Below are positions 55,489 through 63,232 of a DNA stretch of 64,000 nucleotides, piece after piece. The notes below the pieces were generated by a model. The model did not search any database and was not told the DNA's origin. It saw nothing but the letters and a program-made list of their open reading frames with translations. Origin of the DNA: Bryobacterales bacterium (lineage in GTDB: Bacteria; Acidobacteriota; Terriglobia; Bryobacterales; UBA6623); NCBI GenBank assembly GCA_965218615.1, contig CBDCLH010000001.1, forward strand, positions 473,447 through 537,446, read 5' to 3'. The first letter of the stretch is position 1; the number at the start of each line of letters is the position of its first letter. The translations under genes and the position numbers were made by a program.

Positions 55489-58350
55489 GTGGCAACCAAG
55501 AAGTACAACCCAGGTTTCCTCTCTGACGACGAGTTGGTAAGTAGCTTCCGGGTACGTTCGCGAGAGTTCCGTTCCATGGTCGAGACCGTGCGAGCGAGCA
55601 CCGGAAACTCGAACACGCACATGCTGGTGATTGGTCCCCGAGGCAGCGGGAAGACGACCCTGTTGCTGCGGTTCGCCATCGAGGTACGCCGGGACCACGA
55701 TCTATCAAGCCGCTTCTTCCCGATCGTCTTTGCTGAGGAAAGCTACACCATTTCGACCTGCGGCGAGTTTTGGCTGGAAGCCCTGAACCGGCTGGCGTAC
55801 CAAGCGCCACGCCGAACGGGAGATCCCGACTACCAGCTAACGTACGAGGAATTACGTAAGACGCCTGACGATCAAACGCTCGCCGGGCGATGTCTCGGCC
55901 GCATGTTGGAATTCGCCGACCGCGAGCGAAAGCGGTTGGTGCTGATTGTCGAGAATCTGAACGCCATCTTCGCAGACATTGCCAGCGGCGATGTGGGGTG
56001 GCAGTTGCGCCACACGCTTCAAACAGAACCCCGAATCCTGCTTGTCTCTAGCGCGACGAGTCGATTCGATGCGATCGACAACCCGAGCGAAGCCCTCTAT
56101 GGCTTCCTTCAAGTGCGGAAACTGCGGCCTCTTGACGAGAATGAGTGCGCCGATTTGTGGGAGGGCGTTGCCGGAGTCCACCCCGCCCGGGCGACGATTC
56201 GGTCGCTCCAGATCCTAACGGGGGGCAGTCCTCGGCTGCTCGCGATCATTGCTCGGTTCGGCTCCAGCCTTTCGTTCGACGAACTGATGAGCAATTTGCT
56301 TGACTTGGTCGACGACCACACCGAGTACTTTCGAAGCCATCTCGAATCCCTGCCCCACCAAGAGCGCCGCGTGTTCCTGGCCCTCGCCGGCCTGTGGCGG
56401 CTCTCCACTACGCGTGAGATAGCGGACCAGGCCCGGCTTTCGACAAACCAGTGCAGTGCGCAATTGAAGCGGCTAGAAGAACTCGGAGCCGTTTCCGTCG
56501 CCGGCGGAAGTCCGAGACGGAAGCAGTACTACCTCACGGAGCGCATGTTCAACATCTACTATCTGCTCCGGCTGCGCGGGAGTGCTGGTGATCTAGTCAG
56601 AGCGTTGGTCCGATTCATGCAAGCGTACTACTCGTTACCCGAACAGATTGAGGTCGCTGGCCAGATCGCCCAAGCGATGGCGAGCCCCGACGCAAAGACA
56701 AGAGAACTCGCCCGTGACACCTTGGCGCGGCTGGTCGAGGGAATGCCTAAACACCTGAGAGGGCTCTTCCTACGTGCCGAAGATTTCGTCGGGCCGTACG
56801 AACTGCAGAAGCCTGGGAAAGGACGGCAAGACGTTCCTTCAGTTCGGCTAATGGCGGAAAGGGCAATGCATCCTTATATGCTCGGCGAATTCGACAAAGC
56901 GATTGAGGCATTTGAAGAGTTCACACTGCGATTCGGAACGAGCAGCTCGCCCGAGGTATTGGAACGGGTAGCAGACGTTCTAGTCACAAAAGGCGTCGCA
57001 TTCGCAAAACTCCATCGGCTTGACGACGCTCTAGAGGCGTTCGAAGATGTGGACCTTCGGTTCCGTCGGCATGAGTCCACGAGAATCCTCAAGCACGTTG
57101 CATCAGCTCTTTTCAATAAGGGGATGGCGCTCGACATCCTCAATAGGACTGACGAAGCACTAGAGTCATACAACGCACTAGTGCAACGGTTCGGGTCCGG
57201 GGCCGAGCCCGACATCAGGGAGAACGTAGCCAATGCGCTGTTCCATAGTGGGATTCTGTTGGGGAGAGAGGGACAGCAAGAAGAGGCAGTGGAGGCCTAC
57301 GACAACCTGTTTCACAGATTCGGCTCCGACGAGAACCCCGCCGTTGTTGAGCGGGTTGCGAAAGGGCTAGTCAACAAGGGAGGCACGCTCGGTCGACTCG
57401 GTCGCATGGACGAAGCCCTGCTAGCCTACGACGCGTTCGAATCCCAGCCCTGGAAGCGCACGACGACCCAAATGAAGGAATGCGCAGCCCAGGCGCTCTT
57501 TGGAAGGGCTTGGACTCTTGAGCAACTCAATCGGCCCAGGCAAGCCCTGGCAACCTACGACGAGGCCTTGACGCAATTCGAATCCCGAACTGCAAACGGG
57601 ACTGCCGAGAATGTTGCGCGAGCGCTCCTGGGTAAGGGTGAAATGCTAGGAGATCTTGGCGCCCCAGACGATGCTCTTCGCGTTTTCGACCAACTTGAGA
57701 GTCGATTCGGGAACACTGAGACTCTGGATGTCGCCAGATCCGTTGCGTCTGGACTGGTGAGCAAGGGTACGGTCCTGTCCAGACTCCGACGGATGGACGA
57801 GGCAGTGGAGGCCTTCGACGCTGCGGTGACTCGTTGTGTAGCCATCGATTCACATAGCCTCCTCCCCGTGATTGAAACTGCGCTCCTCGACAAGGCTTTG
57901 GTCGAAGCGGCGTCCGGTGACCAAAGAAGTGCCGTCAAGACGGTGACTCAAGTACTTGATCAAGATCCAGAGCCAACACCTAGAAACCGCCTACGGGGCC
58001 TGTTTATCCGGGCATTTTGGTATCTCGAGGGCGGTGACAAGTCATTAGGTGAACGTGATATCGCTTCGGCCCTCGAGTTGCTCCCGGATTGCGAGTCCTA
58101 TCTAGCTAACAGCCTCGACTGGCTGACGCGGTTCACGATTCCTCTGGGCGAAGAGCGCACATTGGGACTCATCAAGGCGTCATATTCTGCAGACCTCTTG
58201 CTGCCCCTAGCGACGGCGCTAGAACAGGGACTTGGGCGCGAGCCGAGAGTAGCCCTCGAAGTCAGGGAAGTCGCCCTTGACATCCGACGCAGGCTGCGGG
58301 CCCTTCGCGACAATCAAGCCACCGCGCCTCGCAGTGATCCAGCTCAGTGA
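55489..58350 (+). CDS. STAND-like NTPase: P-loop + winged-helix + eight 43-aa alpha-helical repeats
   Basis: GTG start. Walker A GPRGSGKTT (55633-55659). Walker B RLVLIVENL. A wHTH-like segment (QERRVFLALAGLWRLSTTREIADQARLSTNQCSAQLKRLEELGAV). C-terminal repeat array. No nuclease, protease or TIR-like effector domain is recognisable. Confidence 0.75.
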   Translation: MATKKYNPGFLSDDELVSSFRVRSREFRSMVETVRASTGNSNTHMLVIGPRGSGKTTLLLRFAIEVRRDHDLSSRFFPIVFAEESYTISTCGEFWLEALNRLAYQAPRRTGDPDYQLTYEELRKTPDDQTLAGRCLGRMLEFADRERKRLVLIVENLNAIFADIASGDVGWQLRHTLQTEPRILLVSSATSRFDAIDNPSEALYGFLQVRKLRPLDENECADLWEGVAGVHPARATIRSLQILTGGSPRLLAIIARFGSSLSFDELMSNLLDLVDDHTEYFRSHLESLPHQERRVFLALAGLWRLSTTREIADQARLSTNQCSAQLKRLEELGAVSVAGGSPRRKQYYLTERMFNIYYLLRLRGSAGDLVRALVRFMQAYYSLPEQIEVAGQIAQAMASPDAKTRELARDTLARLVEGMPKHLRGLFLRAEDFVGPYELQKPGKGRQDVPSVRLMAERAMHPYMLGEFDKAIEAFEEFTLRFGTSSSPEVLERVADVLVTKGVAFAKLHRLDDALEAFEDVDLRFRRHESTRILKHVASALFNKGMALDILNRTDEALESYNALVQRFGSGAEPDIRENVANALFHSGILLGREGQQEEAVEAYDNLFHRFGSDENPAVVERVAKGLVNKGGTLGRLGRMDEALLAYDAFESQPWKRTTTQMKECAAQALFGRAWTLEQLNRPRQALATYDEALTQFESRTANGTAENVARALLGKGEMLGDLGAPDDALRVFDQLESRFGNTETLDVARSVASGLVSKGTVLSRLRRMDEAVEAFDAAVTRCVAIDSHSLLPVIETALLDKALVEAASGDQRSAVKTVTQVLDQDPEPTPRNRLRGLFIRAFWYLEGGDKSLGERDIASALELLPDCESYLANSLDWLTRFTIPLGEERTLGLIKASYSADLLLPLATALEQGLGREPRVALEVREVALDIRRRLRALRDNQATAPRSDPAQ
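56866..57950 (+). repeat. Eight tandem ~129-nt (43-aa) repeats inside the STAND-like gene
   Basis: The repeat consensus is roughly F/Y-D/E-x-L-x-x-R-F-G-x5-V-x-E-x-V-A-x-A-L-x-x-K-G-x-x-L-x-x-L-x-R-x-D-E-A-L-x-A. Examples are FEEFTLRFGTSSSPEVLERVADVLVTKGVAFAKLHRLDDALEA and YDNLFHRFGSDENPAVVERVAKGLVNKGGTLGRLGRMDEALLA. Confidence 0.7.
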
Positions 58351-58441
58351 ATCTAAGAGGGAACCAAGCGCTGCACCCGCTCATTCGCTTGCTGAGCTTG
58401 AGCCCCTCGTGCGAAGTCGAGTCGGCGCCCGCTCTGATCCA

Positions 58442-58774
58442 TCGGATCACGGCTTCCACTACGTAAGGCTCGCCGCCTCGCGTGGCTTGTATGCCGCGCT
58501 TAAGTACGGATTCGAGGTCCGCTGAGGTGGCCGCTCTCTCGCTCTGGGCCTCCTGGCTCGCTGCCAGCTGAACGAAGTCAATGTCTGGATCGTCGAGGTG
58601 CATTCCCGCGTACCGCCCGGTCGCCGCCATCCATCGGAATACCTTGCTGCAGACGCTGGAGAGTCGCAGGGGATTCGCGGCCGGGCCCGGCTGCTGCTCG
58701 CCAGCCAACCTCGAGTGTTTGAGGGGCGCAGTCGGGAGTCGTTCCGATAAAGCGATGGCGGCAAGCATCTTCAC
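58442..58774 (-). pseudogene. Probable C-terminal remnant of a thiamine-diphosphate-dependent enzyme
   Basis: ...GMHLDDPDIDFVQLAASQEAQSERAATSADLESVLKRGIQATRGGEPYVVEAVI resembles the C-terminal tail of acetolactate-synthase/benzoylformate-decarboxylase-type enzymes. No intact upstream TPP-binding region is present. Confidence 0.35.
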
Positions 58775-59174
58775 CCCAGTGTGGAACGCGAACGGCTTCA
58801 GGGCGCTCCGTTTGCGAGCCGGTACAAAACCTCAAGCTGGATCTTCCGCTTCCTTGAGGGATTCGACACTCGGTAGCGGCGTCCTTCGGCGCGGGACTCG
58901 AGACCCTTGCTGGCATTCCGGCTCGGCGTTGTCGGCAGGGCACTCCGGGCCGCGCTCCCCGCAGGGGGCCAGCCCCATAGGCGCTACCTTATGTGCAAGT
59001 CCTGCTCAAAGTGGCTGGCTACCTTACTCAGGCGCTTGCGATGCGAGGTGGTTCGGTCTGGGATTGTGAGATCTCGTGCCACTCGCCGAGTACGCGGGCC
59101 AACGGCATAGCGGGTTCGACGGCTCGCGTGACCTAGTTCAGCGCGAATCTGAAGTCACGCCACGCGCGGTGTGG

Positions 59175-59573
59175 CTAGCACCGCTTCCAAGTCGTATCCC
59201 CCGGGGAAATAGCGAGCGCGTAGTGGATCAGCTTTTCCACCAGGAGCTCCGACAGAAGCTTCCCGTAGAGCCAGGCCTTGGCACTCTCGTCGTCGTATTT
59301 CGGCAGGTGTCCCAATTGCACCAGAGACTTGAATCGTCTGAACACCAGCTCGACCTGCCAGCGCAGGCGATACCACTCGAGAACCGCCGGGGCCGGGAAG
59401 TCCGGCGCGGGGAACGTGATGAACACGATCACGTACCGCGCGAACTCCAGCGTGCTCGGCGGGACCTGTCGACCCTTGCGCAGGGCCTCCTTCCGGATTC
59501 CGTCCAGCGCGATCCGGATCGCCTCTTCGGTCTTGCGGATCGCGCAGACCCGGCACGGCACCGGCACCCCCAA
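59175..59573 (-). mobile_element. IS4-family transposase, C-terminal 132-aa fragment
   Basis: EWYRLRWQVELVFRRFKSL gives a perfect Y-x2-R-x3-E-x6-K signature. The N-terminal two thirds of the transposase, including the DD residues, are absent. Confidence 0.7.
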
Positions 59574-59609
59574 CTTCCAACCACCCTAGTTGGTTCCGGA
59601 CTCCCTCAA

Positions 59610-60170
59610 TTAGTTGGGAACACCAGCAATGCAAGAGAGTATTCCGAGCGGCTCCTCACTTATTCCGAGGTCCGCGCGCTAGATGAAGAGGCAGCGGAAA
59701 TAGGGATCCGTGCGCTGGCCGAGAGGCTTAGCGTAAGGCACCAAGCTGCAGCGGTCTCAACGATGATCGAACGCTCGCAGTCGTATGCGTACTTCCGCCA
59801 AGACTTGGGCAAGAGCTGCTGGGATTACGCCCGCTCATCACCAATCACCGTAACGGATGTCCAGATCGCTACGGGCGAAGCGATTGCGGAGCTTGACGCA
59901 GGCTTCCTCCGGGTGCGGTCCGACCGGCTCTCGCCATCGGAGAGACGGTACTTGAGTGGCATGGCCGAGCTCGGTGGCGGTCCGCACAGCTCGGGCAAGA
60001 TTGCACACGTCCTCGGGAGGCCCGTCCGTTCGGTAGCAGCCTCACGAGCCAAATTGATCGAGAAGGGTATGATCTGTAGCCCGGCGTACGGCAATGCCGA
60101 GTTCACCGTTCCTTTTTTTGACGAGTACCTTTGGAGAGTAGTGCCGGGGACGGCGACACGGACCATGTGA
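59610..60170 (+). pseudogene. 3' fragment of an AAA-ATPase / winged-helix gene (5' part replaced by the IS4 remnant)
   Basis: ...ITVTDVQIATGEAIAELDAGFLRVRSDRLSPSERRYLSGMAELGGGPHSSGKIAHVLGRPVRSVAASRAKLIEKGMICSPAYGNAEFTVPFFDEYLWRV is the typical C-terminal wHTH tail of ORC/Cdc6-like bacterial ATPases. No P-loop lies upstream. Confidence 0.55.
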
Positions 60171-60621
60171 TCGTGCGATTCGACGGTCTGCAGGACACTG
60201 ACGAACGCGGACCACAACAATACGCATCCGAAGTTGGGCTGACCCGATCCCGCGGCGGGAGTGAATTGTCCAATACGCTTCGCTGTGCCTGCATAGCCCA
60301 GATACGTGGACAGCAAGAGCAGTTTCGTTTCGTTTGGACCTACACCCCTTTCCGGCAAGCAAGCGGCCAGCCTGCTCCAGTGGATATGCGAAGGACTGCC
60401 AAAATGTATGCGATCTGGGCGGGATTCAACGCATCGACGGGCGTGGTCAAGGCGAATACCTGCTGTGATTGCACCGCTGATGCTGGTCGAGACTCGGTAC
60501 AAGAACCGCAGGAGTCACCTCCATTCATCGGGCCTTTCCAGGAATTCCGCCGAAGACGGCGTACCGGGCAGCTGCATTTCCCATTAGAAGCTCAGGAACC
60601 GCCGCGAGCAAACCGCCCACG

Positions 60622-61142
60622 CTACCGCCCTTCCCGGTGTTGTTCGCCATTGATGTCTTCTTCACCCGCCAGTGCGAGCACACGACGCCGGATCGCGTCT
60701 GACATCCACATGCCAGTGCTTTCCAGCTGATCTACGTGGGTGGCTACGTGTTCGACCAAGCCTTGCGATTTCGCTTCGATGAGAACCTTCAGCGTTCCCC
60801 ACGCGTTGAGCCCGGCTGTCTGTGCTATACGCCTCGCCTGCCTGTCATCCAACAGAACGGTGCATTCAGAATGCTCCAACACTAAGGCCAACACGGCTAG
60901 TTCTCCTGCCCCCAAATCCAGACTCAGCCATTCGGATGGAATGACAGCAAACGGTCAACGAGCTTGAGCCACTCGTAGCGGTGCGGATCGGGAGCGTCAT
61001 ACCCCCTTTCTCGTCCTTCCAACAGCTCCTGCGACACAGCCTGGGGAATCCAGACTTCACCGCGCAGAATGGGCAGCCAACGCAGAGCGCCAATGCGGTA
61101 AAGATACAGCAACGGTGACGTGTTGCTGATGAACTCAGACAT
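60622..61142 (-). pseudogene. DUF3368 (PIN-like) toxin, frameshifted
   Basis: The N-terminal frame reads MSEFISNTSPLLYLYRIGALRWLPILRGEVWIPQAVSQELLEG...LSFHPNG*. The C-terminal frame reads ...LSLDLGAGELAVLALVLEHSECTVLLDDRQARRIAQTAGLNAWGTLKVLIEAK.... The frame change lies near 60925-60940. Confidence 0.65.
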
Positions 61143-61386
61143 GCTCGTGTTCCAGGTCGCCCAACTCCGTCTCAAGCGGAAAGACCCTGTAGCGATCAAG
61201 CGTCAACAGGAATTCCACGCGAGGCATCCCGGCAAGCTCCGCCGCTCGTCCAGACGAAAGACGGCCAAGCTCGTGGAGCTTGACCGCGGCCAGCATGCGG
61301 AGTTCACGGGCAAAAGCGCGCTCGTCGGTCTTCTCGGCTAGAAGTACGCTTTCCGGAACGTTGATTGCGATTTTGCGCGTTGTCAC
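61135..61386 (-). CDS. UPF0175-family antitoxin
   Basis: MTTRKIAINVPESVLLAEKTDERAFARELRMLAAVKLHELGRLSSGRAAELAGMPRVEFLLTL. Its stop overlaps the DUF3368 start (ATGTCTGA), the usual pairing. Confidence 0.7.
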   Translation of the reverse strand: MTTRKIAINVPESVLLAEKTDERAFARELRMLAAVKLHELGRLSSGRAAELAGMPRVEFLLTLDRYRVFPLETELGDLEHEHV

Positions 61387-61829
61387 TTCCTAATCCTTCC
61401 CTCGCGCAAACCGAGATCTCTTCAACCCGGCTCTGTCCGCCGCGGTCGACCCGCCGGACAGTTAACGCGGTCGTGCATACGGCGCTTGGGCACGGACGGT
61501 CATACAAGCATCGCCTGTCTGGTTTGTCTTCCTAGCGACCTCCACCGTCGCGCGGACCGCCGCCGATGACCGAGTCAGTACGCATAATATGATGGCAGCG
61601 TATCAAGCTCGGCGAACGGAGCTGGCGAGACCACCCCGTACCCCGCGCGCTCCACCGTCATAGCCGCCGAACGTTGGGCAGCGGTGACATGCGCGCGATG
61701 GCTAGGTACGCACGGGAAGTAGTGGTCGGTGCAGCGCCGACCCCGGACTCGCGATAGCAGTCAAAGCCTCCCAGAACAGTCTGGTTGTTGTGATTGTCCA
61801 CGAATGTGTGACTCAACATTTGTGGACGA

Positions 61830-62093
61830 GTTTCGCTTCCTTGCTCACGGCCCCGGCGCCGCCAACATGCTGTCCATGTCGTGAACAAGCGCCAACTGCC
61901 CGCCAAGGCGACGTCCTTCACCACCAACAAGCCACGCCAATGGGGCCACGTTCCGCACAATCGCGATCTAGCTGAGGCCAGCGTCGACCGCTGTCTCGAA
62001 CGCGGGAGCATCGTCACCCTCGAATGGCCTTCCATGTGCACCCGCAGCCTCGAGCGTGTCCCTGTTACCCGCCGCGAGGAGCCAGCCCCATAA
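61830..62093 (+). mobile_element. IS21-family IstB-like helper ATPase remnant (frameshifted fragment)
   Basis: VDEFRFLAHGPGAANMLSM (Walker B region), then in another frame ...ATSFTTNKPRQWGHVPHNRDLAEASVDRCLERGSIVTLEWPSMCTRS. This resembles the IstB C-terminus (iiTSNk..W......D..la.A.lDRl.....iv.l.G.SyR). No istA is present. Confidence 0.4.
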
Positions 62094-62380
62094 CCGACCC
62101 CCCATTTGACCCAACGAACGTGCCAAAATTCCCGGAAGTAGTCTGCGAGAGTATTCGCGACCCACAACATTAGATGCGCTGGCGCCGCAAACGGTGCCTA
62201 CGCTAGCCGTCTCGGGACCTTTACCGGAACGCTCTCTTAGGAGGTACCGGTTGCTGGGCCGAACGAGTCTGGGGCCGACACAGAGGCCGTTCCCGCGGGC
62301 GGACCCATATAATGAGGTCAGGATCCGAGTCGGGCCATAGAGATTCGGGGCCCGATTCGACCTATTGTCGGAGAGTTGAC

Positions 62381-63232
62381 ATGCCCGTCTCCCTCGCTGA
62401 TGGCCATCGCAAAGCCCTGGCCAGAGCGCCATTATGGCCACGCGGCCGCGTGCATCGACTGAACCGCGTCGTCATCTGCACCGTTGTGGCCGGCAGCCTG
62501 GGCGGCCTCCTGATCACTCCTGCCGACGCTTGGGCCTACGCCGTAGACGTGCTGCTGCGAACCTATCTCACATTCGTCGGAACCGTGATGGCCCATGAGG
62601 GCACGCATAGGCTCCTCGGCAAGACCCGGCAGGCCAATCTGTGGTGGGGACGGCTGGCCCTCGTCCCAAGCATGGTTCCGTACTCGAACTTCCGGAAAAC
62701 CCATCTCCTACACCACCGCTTTACCAACGATCCCGATCGGGACCCAGATCTCTACATGAAGCCGCGGAGAGAATGGGAACTGCCGCTTCGAGCTCTGGGC
62801 ATGCCCCACCATTGGTTCTTTTGGCTCCGCAAACGCGGCGACGTCAACCGTGCGCATCTGATCGAGACAGCGCTCAACTACCTCGGTCTCCTGTGCATCT
62901 ATCTCCCCATCCTGATCGTGGTTGGTCCTTCGCGGCTCATCTGGGGGATGCTCCCGGTATTGATCCTGGTGTCCTTGCTGCTGTGGTACCCATTCGCCTA
63001 CAAGACCCACGAAGGATTCTCCATGGGAAGCGTGCAGACGCGGTCGCATGACTACTACGGGGCCTTCATGTACTGGTTCTCCTTCGGCCTCTCGATGCAC
63101 CGTGCTCACCACCTTCACCCACAGTACGCTTGGATCGATCTAAGACAGTTCGTCCAGAAGGATCCGTCGGAGCGCTTCTCGTTCTTGCCCAGGCGCAGCA
63201 TCCAGCGCGAACCCGAGTCCGAAACCGTGTGA
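62381..63232 (+). CDS. Membrane fatty-acid-desaturase-family protein
   Basis: Three histidine boxes (HEGTH, HLLHH, HRAHH) are separated by TM segments. The start is assigned to MPVSLADG. Confidence 0.75.
   Translation: MPVSLADGHRKALARAPLWPRGRVHRLNRVVICTVVAGSLGGLLITPADAWAYAVDVLLRTYLTFVGTVMAHEGTHRLLGKTRQANLWWGRLALVPSMVPYSNFRKTHLLHHRFTNDPDRDPDLYMKPRREWELPLRALGMPHHWFFWLRKRGDVNRAHLIETALNYLGLLCIYLPILIVVGPSRLIWGMLPVLILVSLLLWYPFAYKTHEGFSMGSVQTRSHDYYGAFMYWFSFGLSMHRAHHLHPQYAWIDLRQFVQKDPSERFSFLPRRSIQREPESETV

Noticed and set aside
59825-60730. ORFs of 225 aa (59825-60502, minus) and 199 aa (60131-60730, plus) between the ATPase fragment and the TA pair.
   Set aside because: They overlap each other and better-supported features, and no family motif is recognisable. 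The 60171-60620 stretch is left as unassigned island DNA.
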